Assembly: GCA_026414225.1 (NCBI GenBank)
Contig: JAOAJK010000005.1
Location: 10,609 to 74,608 of the forward strand
Reading direction: 5' to 3'
Source of the DNA: Thermoplasmata archaeon
GTDB taxonomy: Archaea > Thermoplasmatota > Thermoplasmata > Lutacidiplasmatales > SKW197
DNA: 64,000 nucleotides
Both the position numbers and the translations under genes were made by a program. The notes beneath the pieces were generated by a model that saw only the letters and a list, made by a program, of their open reading frames with translations, had not been told where the DNA came from and did not search any database. Positions 27,013 through 36,961 of the stretch are shown here, piece by piece (position 1 is the stretch's first letter; every line of letters starts with the position of its first letter).

Positions 27013-29526
27013 ATGAAATTGATGGATGTCTTCGTAAACAGGGACCATGAAATCTCACGGTTGGAGGAGTTTTATTCTAAAACAGCTGGGGGGAGTGGCA
27101 CCGTTGTAATGCTTTCGGGGAGAATTGGCACTGGCAAGACCGCACTCATAGATAGATTTCTGGAGACAAAAAGAGGATTCTATTTTGAATGCGTTGTCGG
27201 GCAACCCCCTTATGCCCCGCTGAAAAACTTCCTAACAGCATTTTTTTCAATTGAAAGAAAAGAGGTTCCACCGAGCATGCAGTTCCTCGTGGACGAGAAG
27301 GAAGAAAAGGTGGAGGGAGAAACCCTCGAAGAAGCGTTCACGGCCCTCCTTAGATTCTTCAACTCCTACATCACCGCCGAGCCGGTGGTATTTGCAATAG
27401 ATAATTTCCAGGATGTGGATGAAGGCACAATAAAGTTCCTGGACTACTTCGTCAGGCACCCCGAGCTTGCGAAAATTATGATAATCTGTGCCTATCGGAC
27501 TGAAATGCTGGAAGAGACAGGAAGGGGCAAAACGATTTCAGATTTTCTCCAGTTTCTGATAATGAACAACATGTTCAACGCCGTGATTGTGGATAACTTC
27601 AACGAATCCACCACCGGTCTCTTACTCGCAAAGATGTTCGGAGAGAATGTGCCGCTGGATGGTGTCAAACAGATATATCAGAAATCAAGTGGAAACCCCC
27701 TGATGCTGATGGAAATGCTGAAAATTATAGTTCAGGAAAGAAACATAGACCTAGCTGTGCCTGAAAACTGGAATAAAATCGAATGGGACAAGTTAAGCAT
27801 ACCGGCCAATCTCCAGGAAATTTTCCAGATGGAACTCGATTCTCTACCCCCGGAAGGGCTTGCACTGCTGGATTATATGGCAGTGGCTGGCAACGAATTC
27901 GAGGAGGACATCGTGAGCGAGGCCTCAAGGGAGCCCCTCGACCTTGTCCAGAAAATTGCAAACCTGATGGTGGAGAAGGGCATCCTCACCCAGGACTCAA
28001 AGACAGGGAAATACCGGTTTACCAGAAATGTGTACATGGAAATCATCTACAATGATATCGGTTCAAAAATCCTCCCGATCTGCTTTGCAGTCGGCTCTGC
28101 AATTGAGAAACTCAGGAAGGACCGGCTGGGGGAGTATGTGTTTGACCTGGTGCGCCTCTTTGGCAACAGCAGGGACAGGAAAAGAGCGTATGAGTATGCA
28201 ATCATGGCAGGGGGCAGGGCAGAAAAACTCCATGCCCCTGAAAGCGTGGAGAAATATTACGAACTGGCAATTGCGATCGCGGATGAATTGAATCTGGACT
28301 GGGCAGACATCTACGAAATAAAGATGAAGAAGGGAATGGGACTGTTCTATCTCGGCGCCTGGGAAAAAGCTGAGAATTGCTTTGTTGAAATGATGAAAAT
28401 TGCAAAGGAACATGAGGATAAGAAAAGAGAGACCGAGAGCTTGCTGCTGCTCATAAGGTTGAGACAGTATCAGAGCGAGTATGAGAAGGCAAGAGCGCTG
28501 CTCCAGAAAGCAATTGAACTGGCAAAGGGCACTGCGGACTCCAAATTTATTGCAGATGCCCTCCGTGGTGTAGCCCACATGGAATGGAAGACCGGGGAAT
28601 ACGATAATGCAATCAAACATTACAACGAAGCACTTTCATATTTCCAGAGTGCAAGTGCGGAAGCCATATTCACTGGAAATCTGCAGGTAACAGAGGAGAA
28701 CATTCCGATCAAGGGAGAGATACTGCTCGAACTTGGAAATGTGTATGCAGAAATGGGGGACTACAGACAGGCACTGCTCTTCAATTTGAAAGGGCTTAAA
28801 ATTTTAAAGGAAACCAATTCACCGGCAATGGCCAGAGCCCTTCACAACATAGGCGCCATCCATCTCCGTGAGGAAAACTGGCAGAAAGCGATGGAGTCAT
28901 TCAAACAGGGAATTGAGTATGCTGAAAAATTGAACGACCTGGATACGATGGGCTGGTGCTATCTTGGACTGGCAGAAACGCTTTTCCGGTCTGGAGGGAG
29001 CAAAGAGGAGGCAAACCAGCATATTGAAAAAGCCAACCAGCACCTCTCAAAAATCAGCGACAGAATCGGGAATGCCCTTCTCCACAAAATTTATGCCAAC
29101 CTCTGCCTTCAAATGAATGACATTGCCGGCGCTGAGAACCACATAAAGGTTGCTGAGGAAATCGGGCAGAAAATTGCGTCGCCCTACATTTCTGGCGAAC
29201 TCCTCACGGCCAGGATAGAACTCGCAATCAAAAAAGGTGAAAGAGAAAACGCCGTTAATTTGCTGAAAACCCTGGAGGAATTGTCCATGAAGCATAGAAT
29301 GAAATCATTTGGTAAGTTTATCGAGGCGAAAAAGAAGGAACTGCAGCCGCAACCACCACCTTCCCCGCAAGCTCCACCAGTAGTGCCCGGAGGGGTCGAG
29401 GGACGGGAAGCAAAGCCAGCGGCACCACAGGAAGGTGCTGGGAGGGCAGAAGGCAGGGAAGTGCCACCTGATTCCCAGTTAACCAGAAAGAAGCGGAAAA
29501 AAAAGAAAGGAGGTGACATGCAATGA
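27013..29526 (+). CDS. STAND-like P-loop NTPase (archaeal-ATPase/ORC-Cdc6-like N-domain) with C-terminal TPR repeats and Pro-rich/basic tail
   Basis: 837 aa. Walker A SGRIGTGKTAL, Walker B VVFAIDNFQDVDE, then a winged-helix-like segment, then about 8 TPR-like repeats (aa 400-760). The tail is QPQPPPSPQAPPVVPGG...RKKRKKKKGG. Confidence 0.75.
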   Translation: MKLMDVFVNRDHEISRLEEFYSKTAGGSGTVVMLSGRIGTGKTALIDRFLETKRGFYFECVVGQPPYAPLKNFLTAFFSIERKEVPPSMQFLVDEKEEKVEGETLEEAFTALLRFFNSYITAEPVVFAIDNFQDVDEGTIKFLDYFVRHPELAKIMIICAYRTEMLEETGRGKTISDFLQFLIMNNMFNAVIVDNFNESTTGLLLAKMFGENVPLDGVKQIYQKSSGNPLMLMEMLKIIVQERNIDLAVPENWNKIEWDKLSIPANLQEIFQMELDSLPPEGLALLDYMAVAGNEFEEDIVSEASREPLDLVQKIANLMVEKGILTQDSKTGKYRFTRNVYMEIIYNDIGSKILPICFAVGSAIEKLRKDRLGEYVFDLVRLFGNSRDRKRAYEYAIMAGGRAEKLHAPESVEKYYELAIAIADELNLDWADIYEIKMKKGMGLFYLGAWEKAENCFVEMMKIAKEHEDKKRETESLLLLIRLRQYQSEYEKARALLQKAIELAKGTADSKFIADALRGVAHMEWKTGEYDNAIKHYNEALSYFQSASAEAIFTGNLQVTEENIPIKGEILLELGNVYAEMGDYRQALLFNLKGLKILKETNSPAMARALHNIGAIHLREENWQKAMESFKQGIEYAEKLNDLDTMGWCYLGLAETLFRSGGSKEEANQHIEKANQHLSKISDRIGNALLHKIYANLCLQMNDIAGAENHIKVAEEIGQKIASPYISGELLTARIELAIKKGERENAVNLLKTLEELSMKHRMKSFGKFIEAKKKELQPQPPPSPQAPPVVPGGVEGREAKPAAPQEGAGRAEGREVPPDSQLTRKKRKKKKGGDMQ

Positions 29527-29759
29527 CCTCCCCGATCAGTGAAAAAGTTTACAACATAATGGGCAGGGAAATGGGACACATCGGCCGATTCATTGTCCAG
29601 AAACAGTGCAAGGACCTTGGTATAAACCCAGAGGACATAAAAACTGAAGATCTTCCAAAAATTGCGAAAGCCCTCGGGGATGTGATGAAGACATTCGGGG
29701 GCGAAGACAAGGGCAAGGCAATCGAGGCGGAAATCAGGCGGCTTGCCCAAAGTCATTAA
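29523..29759 (+). CDS. small hypothetical protein (78 aa) translationally coupled (ATGA overlap) to the STAND-TPR gene
   Basis: ORF MTSPISEKVYNIMGREMGHIGRFIVQKQCKDLGINPEDIKTEDLPKIAKALGDVMKTFGG... Stop overlaps the GalT stop on the opposite strand. No recognisable motif. Confidence 0.4.
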   Translation: MTSPISEKVYNIMGREMGHIGRFIVQKQCKDLGINPEDIKTEDLPKIAKALGDVMKTFGGEDKGKAIEAEIRRLAQSH

Positions 29760-30754
29760 CTTACTTTTTCCCGCAATGTTTTTGCATTTTCCTCCGGCTG
29801 CGAGATGTTGACCGTAATTCCAGAACCCATCTCGAGTCCCGCAGGGATTGTCAATCTAGGTGTGATTTCAAGATACCAGTGATAATAGTCCACATTTTTC
29901 AGGTAAGAGGGCGCGGTATGGAGCACCAGATTGTAGGCAGGATCGTCCAGTGCAAGTTTCAAAGCCCTGAGAACCTTATGCAGTGCCAACGAAAGTGCAT
30001 TCAGCGATTCCTCACCGATATCAATGAAATGGCTGCGGTGTTCCCTGGGCATAATCTGGATCTCATACTGGAGCTTAGCTGCATAGGGCACGAAGGCCAC
30101 AAAATGGGCATTCTCGTAAATCACCCGTTCCCCCGCACCCTGCTCCGCCCCTATCGTGTCACAATAGACGCACCTTCCGTTTTCGTGGGCGTAGCATCTG
30201 GCAGTGTTGAACAGGTCCATGATGTGGGTGGGGACAAACGCGAGTCCTACAACCTGGGAGTGGGGATGGATCAGCGAGGTTCCTGCCTCCTTTCCGTGAT
30301 TCCGGAACAGAATTACTGACTTAATCCAGGGGTTCTTGTAGAGGTATTTAACGCATTCGAAGTAAGAACGGACCACATCAAAAACCTCTGGCTCGCTCAT
30401 ATCCGGGATGTCCCTGTTGTGAAACGGGGTTTCCACGATCACATGGTGAAAACCACTTGCAGCCCTTTTTCTGAAAAAACCTTCGGTTCTGGCAGTGTCG
30501 TTGTTTTCAGAAACCACCGGAAATTTGTTGGGTATCACACGGAGTTTCCATTGGTTGTTCTCCTCCTCCCTGTAGGAAAATAACTCTTCCGGCGTACTTG
30601 CCTCGTTTCCCGGGCAGAACGGACAGTCCGCTTTCCACTCTGGCAATGGTTCCTTTGGCTTCGCAGCCTCGGATGCCTCATGCTTCCTCTTTGCCCTTTC
30701 ACTGGCAACAATTACCCACTCGCCGGTGATTCTGTTGAATCGCAGTTCATTCAT
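29756..30754 (-). CDS. galT: galactose-1-phosphate uridylyltransferase (GalT, HIT superfamily)
   Basis: 332 aa from MNELRFNRITGEWVIV. CPFCPGNE (zinc/UDP-hexose motif) and SLIHPHSQV (HxHxQ nucleotidyl-His motif). Confidence 0.85.
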   Translation of the reverse strand: MNELRFNRITGEWVIVASERAKRKHEASEAAKPKEPLPEWKADCPFCPGNEASTPEELFSYREEENNQWKLRVIPNKFPVVSENNDTARTEGFFRKRAASGFHHVIVETPFHNRDIPDMSEPEVFDVVRSYFECVKYLYKNPWIKSVILFRNHGKEAGTSLIHPHSQVVGLAFVPTHIMDLFNTARCYAHENGRCVYCDTIGAEQGAGERVIYENAHFVAFVPYAAKLQYEIQIMPREHRSHFIDIGEESLNALSLALHKVLRALKLALDDPAYNLVLHTAPSYLKNVDYYHWYLEITPRLTIPAGLEMGSGITVNISQPEENAKTLREKVS

Positions 30755-30794
30755 GCTGAGGGATAGACGAATTAGATAAAAACATTTTCCGTGG

Positions 30795-31562
30795 TCACCT
30801 AACCTCAATCAAACTCAAGCTTTCCATCTCGGTGAAGTGCAGTTCTCCTGGAAGCACGAGTACATGTGGGGGTTTTCCGAAGTTCATCTGCACGAGCTTC
30901 GAGATTTCGCCCCACGCAGCAATGCCGTCAGGGCTTCCAGCCCTTGCCACCACGCAGATTTTGATGTTTTGCGAGAACAGCCCTTTCCGTTCCCTTGCCT
31001 CCATATCCAGCAGAATCTGCATTCCCTCATTCGCACGCATCAAATAATTCTGTTCCGCCTTGATGTCGAGAAGGATGAGGGTATGGAGCCCGTTCTCACG
31101 GTTCTTGAGAATTCCGTAATAGGGAGAGGTGGGAAAGAAGCCCTCTTCTGGCCTTGGCAAACTCACGGATCTTCCAAACTTATAGATGTGGAGCCCGAGA
31201 ATTGCAGGAGCCGCGGTATAAATTGATGCGCCGTGCACAATTTCAGTTTTTATTCCCTGTCTCGTTGCCTCGTTTTTGAGAAATGCATGGGTGGTTGCGG
31301 TCATTGGGTCGCCCGCACAGAGCAGCACCACTTTTTTTTCTTTCGCAACTGCAAGCAACCCCTCAAATCGCTGCTCCAGGTCTTCACGCTTGAGGAGGGC
31401 CACCTTCTTTCCATAAAGTTCCTCAAGCTTCGCCACCGTCGTGCCAGCAAGTACGGAAGTATAAAATTCTGCGAATACTGCATCGGCATTCCTGACCGCC
31501 TCAAGTCCCTTTATGGAAATATCCAGTTCATCATAAAGTCCAAGGCCCACAAATGTAAGCAT
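30795..31562 (-). CDS. dph5: diphthine synthase (EF-2 diphthamide biosynthesis methyltransferase)
   Basis: 255 aa. MLTFVGLGLYDELDISIKGLEAVRNADAVFAEFYTS and the tetrapyrrole-methylase fold characteristic of archaeal DphB. Confidence 0.85.
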   Translation of the reverse strand: MLTFVGLGLYDELDISIKGLEAVRNADAVFAEFYTSVLAGTTVAKLEELYGKKVALLKREDLEQRFEGLLAVAKEKKVVLLCAGDPMTATTHAFLKNEATRQGIKTEIVHGASIYTAAPAILGLHIYKFGRSVSLPRPEEGFFPTSPYYGILKNRENGLHTLILLDIKAEQNYLMRANEGMQILLDMEARERKGLFSQNIKICVVARAGSPDGIAAWGEISKLVQMNFGKPPHVLVLPGELHFTEMESLSLIEVR

Positions 31563-32740
31563 CAGATTTCACTTCTCCTCACAGCCACCCCTCTCTCGCC
31601 TATAAATTTCATCGCTTCCTCCCATGTGAGCAGTCCACACTTGGCGCCGAATTGCTGGACTACCGAGGCCCCGTTTGCACTTCCCACCCTGAGGGCGGTC
31701 TCTATATCCTTACCCTTTGCCAGGGCCGCTATGAATCCCACGGTGAAAGCATCACCGGCTCCGAGGGTGGAGACCACGGGCACATCATAGGCCGGGAACA
31801 TGTAACGGTATCTGCCGTCGTAACACTGGACCCCTTTCTTTCCGTCAGTGATTACCACTAACTTGACCCCCATTCCATGAATTTTTTTCAGAATCGGATC
31901 CAGATTGTCTGCCCACGGTTCATTGATTATTGCCCTTGCTGGACACCGTTCCACACACAGACCGCATTTAGTGCATTTTTCCTGATGCCTGGTTACTGCT
32001 TTTCCCCCCTCCAGTGCAAAAATCTTCACGGGGCAGACATCCACGCAGGTGCCGCATCCAATGCACCGGTCCTCATCAACCACCATCTGGGAATACTTTA
32101 TGCCTGTGAAATTCGACGCTTCCTCCTTGTTCAAAAAGAGAATGTCAATCCTCGAAATAAACGGGAGCATCTTGTCAATTCCCCTTGAAATCTGAGTGTT
32201 GCCAGGATTCCAGCAAATCTTCACATCCCTATCTGCAAGAATCGCGGCAAATTTGGCTGGGATGTCGCTTGCCCTTCCAGTCATTGGTCCCAGATAGAGA
32301 AATTTTGTGTCTGTGATTTTTTCCATATCCATCCTGTCAAAATCCAGGAGATTATTAGCCCCCCTGTAGGTGAGCACGGTCCTCTCGCCCTCAAATGTGG
32401 TGATGATTACCGAATACCCTGTTTCATCATCGACCCTGAAGGCAAGGGAGGTATCTACCCCCTCCCTCGCGAGTTCATTCAAAATTATTCTGGCACTTTC
32501 GTCATTTCCGAGGGCACTGCAGAACCCGGTTCTCAAACCCATCTTCCCGAACCCGAAGGCGGTATTCGAGGCGCCTCCGCCCGTGGTAAACATGATCTTA
32601 TCCACATTGATTTTGGCACCGTAATCAAGACAGAGGTATGCCTTCGTCTGGAGCATCTCCCGCAGCTCCAGAACCTTTGCGAGGTTTGTCTTCACGAATA
32701 CATCCTGGGTAGCACTCCCGATGCAGACCACATCGTACAT
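31562..32740 (-). CDS. PfkB/ribokinase-family carbohydrate kinase with an inserted 2x[4Fe-4S] ferredoxin domain
   Basis: N-terminal MYDVVCIGSATQDVF (PfkB motif 1) and C-terminal TLGAGDAFTVGFIAAL (PfkB motif 2, GAGD anion hole). Between them sits CIGCGTCVDVCP...CTKCGLCVERCP (two CxxCxxCxxxCP clusters). Start placed at MYDVV (ATG 32740). Confidence 0.8.
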   Translation of the reverse strand: MYDVVCIGSATQDVFVKTNLAKVLELREMLQTKAYLCLDYGAKINVDKIMFTTGGGASNTAFGFGKMGLRTGFCSALGNDESARIILNELAREGVDTSLAFRVDDETGYSVIITTFEGERTVLTYRGANNLLDFDRMDMEKITDTKFLYLGPMTGRASDIPAKFAAILADRDVKICWNPGNTQISRGIDKMLPFISRIDILFLNKEEASNFTGIKYSQMVVDEDRCIGCGTCVDVCPVKIFALEGGKAVTRHQEKCTKCGLCVERCPARAIINEPWADNLDPILKKIHGMGVKLVVITDGKKGVQCYDGRYRYMFPAYDVPVVSTLGAGDAFTVGFIAALAKGKDIETALRVGSANGASVVQQFGAKCGLLTWEEAMKFIGERGVAVRRSEI

Positions 32741-32856
32741 GGCAGGACATAGATGTCGTGGGTAAAAAAACTTTTGAGAGGCAGATGCAACACGGGGAAG
32801 CAATGCTCGCCCATGCCCATCGCAACCTTATTATCTTCCCTCTGGTATTCCAGAAC

Positions 32857-33228
32857 ATGGCAGATGATAAGGCAACCCTTGAAAATCTGAAACAACTTGT
32901 AGCCAAGTTCAACACCGAGAGAAAATGGGAGATTTACCATCAACCGAAGGAACTGGCAATAGCGATTGCAGTTGAGAGTGCGGAATTGCTTGACATTTTC
33001 AAATGGCAGCACGGCCAGGCAGTGACTGCAAAGGTTGAAAACTACAGAAAAATCAAGGAAGAAATGGCAGATATTCTGATCCTCCTGCTCTCTCTTGCAA
33101 ACACCCTCAACATCGACCTGAGCGATGCCCTCGTCTCCAAAATCGAGAAGAATGCAATGAAGTATCCTGGGGGTGTGGATTACTCCAGAATCTGGAACCA
33201 GGAAAAAAACAAAAATACACCGCTGTAG
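32857..33228 (+). CDS. MazG-like nucleoside triphosphate pyrophosphohydrolase domain protein
   Basis: About 123 aa from MADDKATLENLKQL... EIYHQPKELAIAIAVESAELLDIFKW and EEMADILILLLSLAN form the EExxE/D metal-binding helix pattern of the MazG/all-alpha NTP-PPase family. Confidence 0.6.
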   Translation: MADDKATLENLKQLVAKFNTERKWEIYHQPKELAIAIAVESAELLDIFKWQHGQAVTAKVENYRKIKEEMADILILLLSLANTLNIDLSDALVSKIEKNAMKYPGGVDYSRIWNQEKNKNTPL

Positions 33229-33230
33229 CC

Positions 33231-34130
33231 ATGCAAAAATTTAAAGTGTATCAGGTCTGGCCTAAATGCCCCTCGATTTCAATTTCTGGTAGCAAATGCC
33301 ATCTGATGTGCGAGCACTGTCTGGGATACTACCTCAGATACATGCATCCGGCCGAAACCCCTGCGAAGTTTGAAAGATTAACTGAAAAGTTGAGTGGGGA
33401 AGGGGCAAAGGGTTTTCTGGTAAGTGGCGGCTGTGACAAAAGCGGAAAAATTCTGAATTTGAAGACGATGATTCCGGTCATTCGTAAGCTCCATCAGAAG
33501 GGCTATGTGATAAAGCTCCACACTGGCTTCGTGGATGAAGAAACTGCAAAAGAGCTTGCCGGTGCAATCGACATAGCTTCCATGGAATTTCCTGGCTCCT
33601 TTTCCGCGGTTGAGGAAATTTTCCACTTGGGAGAAGGTGTGGAAAAATACATTGAAACTTTTCGGAATTTAAGGGCTGCGGGGATAAAACACATTGTGCC
33701 GCATGTGTGCATCGGGCTTAACCATGGAAAGGTTTCGGATGAATGGAGGGCGGTTGAACTGCTCGGCGAGATTTTCATCCCCGAGAAAATTGTTTTTATC
33801 GTGTTCATCCCGACACCAGATACACCCTGCAGGAACGACCCGCTTCCCTCCCCTGAGGATGTGGAGAGCGTGATCGGACATGCAAGGAAACTTTTGCCGG
33901 ATACCGAGCTCGTGCTCGGTGCCCTCCGCCCGAGATTTGCTAGCGTAAGGGGAATAACCCCTGATTACATCCATCAGGTGGAGATGCATGCCCTGGGTGC
34001 TGGTGTTTCCGGCATTGAGGTTCCTTCGAGAAAAACAGCCGAGTTCATTAAGAAAAACTATGAGATGGTGCAGATAGAGGCATTCGGGGCATTGCCCGCA
34101 GAGTTTGAAGCCCGTTTCCTTCCCGTTTAA
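33231..34130 (+). CDS. radical SAM domain protein
   Basis: 299 aa. CHLMCEHC (CxxxCxxC) near the N-terminus and a Gly-rich SAM-binding segment (GFLVSGGC). Confidence 0.6.
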   Translation: MQKFKVYQVWPKCPSISISGSKCHLMCEHCLGYYLRYMHPAETPAKFERLTEKLSGEGAKGFLVSGGCDKSGKILNLKTMIPVIRKLHQKGYVIKLHTGFVDEETAKELAGAIDIASMEFPGSFSAVEEIFHLGEGVEKYIETFRNLRAAGIKHIVPHVCIGLNHGKVSDEWRAVELLGEIFIPEKIVFIVFIPTPDTPCRNDPLPSPEDVESVIGHARKLLPDTELVLGALRPRFASVRGITPDYIHQVEMHALGAGVSGIEVPSRKTAEFIKKNYEMVQIEAFGALPAEFEARFLPV

Positions 34131-35836
34131 TGTTTTGCGACAATCACATACTTCTTGGGCACCACTACCTTCGTGGTTTCCTTGTAGAGAATATACATTG
34201 CAAAGTTAATTACGATGAATGCTGAGAAAATCAGGATGATTGAGAGGAGCCAGCTATACTGCCAGGTCGCTGAAACGAAGTAGAGCATCAGGAAGGAGAG
34301 CACAACAACACCTGAGACCGTTGTCTCAATTAGATTGTCCATCTTTCGCTTCATTCCCAGGTTCGAATAGTTGAGGTGCCTTATCACCGGCAGCAACATC
34401 CGGTTCAGCTTCAATGTGAGATAAATGAGAATTGCAGGTGTGAGAAAGATAACGAGCAAGTAATGGAGAAGCCCGGTTGTGAGTAACTGGGCAATGAAAA
34501 CGCAGAGGAAGAGGAACAGAAGGATCACTACCTTTCTGTCAATTCGGTATATCGGCACGGACCGCGGAAAAACAATCTTTTTGATGGTTCTTGCTATGAC
34601 TGCCCCGGAATATCTCATGTAGCCGGGAAGGACCCTGGTGTACGCATGCGCCAGCGTCTGAGGAATCTTTAGGAAAACAGGTGTTATGAGTGTGGTGATA
34701 AGACAGATGGCCCCGGTAAATGGATAAATGCTCTGGGAATGCACCAACGCATTTGTGCCGTCTGGATTTTTCAGACCTGTGCCAATGTTTGCAAAGATCA
34801 CGGCTTCTTCGCTTCTTGGAAGAGCCCCATTGCCCACAAATACCGCATCCCTCGAGGGTAAGCCCACGAGGTAGGCAACCGCTGAAAGAATAAACATTTC
34901 ACATACAATTATTGCGACCATTGCAAAGAAAATAAGTTCCAGGTTTGTGAGAAAGCCAGAAGGGGATATCATCATTCCAAATGCAAGGAAGAAAATTGCA
35001 ACAAAGATGTGCTTGAAGGATGTAAGATGCTTTTCAAAATCCTTCTTCAGCTTTGTCTCGGAAAAGGAAAGCCCAACAAAAAAGGCACCTATTATCGGAG
35101 AGATGCCGAATGGAATACCAATCACACCTCCGAAGAACACCATGGCGAGGGCGAAGAGCCCCATTATCTCCTCGTCCTTCAGATGATGTACATGCTTTCC
35201 AATCAACGGCACCACATACACATACAGAATCAGAAAGAAAATGAAAATAATTATAAGGCCAATAATTACCAGCAGCATTTCATTGCTTCCCGTTTTGTTC
35301 ATGAAGCTGGAGGCCACAATCACGAGAATTATTGAGAGGAAATCCTCAATCAGCATCATTCCTATCAGCGTGTCCCTCGTCTGGAGTGAGGAAAGCTGCA
35401 GCTTTTCAAGGGCCTTAGCAGTGACTGCAACGCTGCTCATCCCCATGATGCAGGCAAGAAAGAAGGTATCTTTGAATGGCCAGGCAAAGATTGCCCCTAT
35501 AACGAAACCCGCGAAGAGCATGGTGCCAATGTCTGCGAGAGAGAGCACAACGCTTGCGTTCTTTGCCTGCTTCAACCTTGTGACTGAGAAGTCCAGACCG
35601 ACGAAGAACAGGAGGAGCATCACACCGAGTTCTGAAAAAATGTGGATTATTTCATCGCTCTGGACGAAACCCGTGTAATGATGGCCGAAAATGTTTATTG
35701 AAATGTTTGGACCTATCAACATTCCTATAATGATGTAGCCCACAAGCGTGCTCTGCCCGAGCTTCGACGAGAGTATGCTTCCTATAAATGCAAACATGAG
35801 CAGAATAGCTATTTCGTAGAGGGGTTCCATTGCCAT
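34127..35836 (-). CDS. monovalent cation:proton antiporter (CPA2/Kef-type Na+/H+ exchanger family) membrane protein
   Basis: 569 aa, at least 12 TM helices, Na_H_Exchanger-like N-terminal region. No cytoplasmic TrkA/KTN domain. Confidence 0.82.
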   Translation of the reverse strand: MAMEPLYEIAILLMFAFIGSILSSKLGQSTLVGYIIIGMLIGPNISINIFGHHYTGFVQSDEIIHIFSELGVMLLLFFVGLDFSVTRLKQAKNASVVLSLADIGTMLFAGFVIGAIFAWPFKDTFFLACIMGMSSVAVTAKALEKLQLSSLQTRDTLIGMMLIEDFLSIILVIVASSFMNKTGSNEMLLVIIGLIIIFIFFLILYVYVVPLIGKHVHHLKDEEIMGLFALAMVFFGGVIGIPFGISPIIGAFFVGLSFSETKLKKDFEKHLTSFKHIFVAIFFLAFGMMISPSGFLTNLELIFFAMVAIIVCEMFILSAVAYLVGLPSRDAVFVGNGALPRSEEAVIFANIGTGLKNPDGTNALVHSQSIYPFTGAICLITTLITPVFLKIPQTLAHAYTRVLPGYMRYSGAVIARTIKKIVFPRSVPIYRIDRKVVILLFLFLCVFIAQLLTTGLLHYLLVIFLTPAILIYLTLKLNRMLLPVIRHLNYSNLGMKRKMDNLIETTVSGVVVLSFLMLYFVSATWQYSWLLSIILIFSAFIVINFAMYILYKETTKVVVPKKYVIVAKH

Positions 35837-35888
35837 TTACCCACCCATAAACTAACCGTAGATATAATTTTCCTGCTGTAAACTCCCC

Positions 35889-36362
35889 CTATTTTTCCGG
35901 ATTCTCAAGGATTTCCCTCTCCACTGCCTCATAAAATCTTCTTGCATCAATACCATTCATCTTCGCATAAATAAGGGCAGCCACAACTGGGAGGGTGCAT
36001 GTATCTTCTGCCAGTGTATTAATCTCCGCAACAATCTCCTTTCTGTCTTTGCCAGATTTGTCTGCGAGGTACTTGACAATCTCAATGAAGGTGTCAACCT
36101 TGTCAGAGGTCATAACTTCTGGGGCTATCTTAAAATCCGGTTCTACAACCGTATCTTCAAGGTCAAACCTCGGTTTGAGAACCTCCCCATCCTTGAGCAC
36201 CACAGAGCCCGCAATACATTTCTCCAGAATTTTCTTTGCCTCCGCGGGGGTCACGAGCCGCTTCTTGACTGAAAGATAGTTTACGAAATCACTCTCTGTA
36301 ATTTCCTTTAAACCCTGGCTTTTCAGCACAAACGTCACAATTTTCTGAAGGTCATAGGTCAT
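35889..36362 (-). CDS. conserved hypothetical protein
   Basis: ORF with normal composition. Start uncertain (ATG 36392 or 36362, MTYDLQK). No motif recognised. Confidence 0.45.
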   Translation of the reverse strand: MTYDLQKIVTFVLKSQGLKEITESDFVNYLSVKKRLVTPAEAKKILEKCIAGSVVLKDGEVLKPRFDLEDTVVEPDFKIAPEVMTSDKVDTFIEIVKYLADKSGKDRKEIVAEINTLAEDTCTLPVVAALIYAKMNGIDARRFYEAVEREILENPEK

Positions 36363-36930
36363 CCAAATCCATCTCCACAATTCTTCCCACAATATTTAAT
36401 TTTTCCCTTACAAGGTTTGCACCCGCACCGGGGATATCCAGAACCACCGGCAGGTCTTTGAGTCCACTGTATGGAATCCCCACCCCCTCCGCCCTCAGAA
36501 TTACCTCGCATCCAGTTCTTCTCAAAAAATCGTAGAGGCGGTCAAGGTTCGGTATTCCGCTTTCATCAAGAACCAGGGCAAAGTTCGCTGTCTCGTCGGC
36601 AATTTTCTGAAGTGTGCTTGGGCCCACCATACCTGTGTGCAGCACCGCCTTTTCGGCCCCTGCCATCAGAAGGTCGGAAACATCCTCCACAGATTTCGAA
36701 TTTGCCTCCACCCACACAGGAACCAAATCCGAGATTTCGGAGAGGAGGTCTAGGTGGGGCGTACCTTCCTTAATTCCATTCAAATCCAGGATGTACAGTA
36801 CCTCATTCTCTTCGGAAATTCGCTCGAAAAAATCCAGAATTGTATCTGTCCCCACCCTGACTTTTCTAGCGGCATCCACAACATTGTAGTTTTCAATTCT
36901 CAACCTTGGAATAACCCTTTCGTCCATCAT
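36352..36930 (-). CDS. hypothetical protein, possibly HisA/HisF-like (beta/alpha)-barrel fragment
   Basis: 192 aa. VIPRLRIENYNVVDA...ILDLNG weakly resembles the N-terminal phosphate-binding half-barrel of HisA/HisF-like proteins. Confidence 0.4.
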   Translation of the reverse strand: MMDERVIPRLRIENYNVVDAARKVRVGTDTILDFFERISEENEVLYILDLNGIKEGTPHLDLLSEISDLVPVWVEANSKSVEDVSDLLMAGAEKAVLHTGMVGPSTLQKIADETANFALVLDESGIPNLDRLYDFLRRTGCEVILRAEGVGIPYSGLKDLPVVLDIPGAGANLVREKLNIVGRIVEMDLDDL

Positions 36931-36961
36931 TTCCTCGGAAACGGAGGTAAAAAATAAACTA

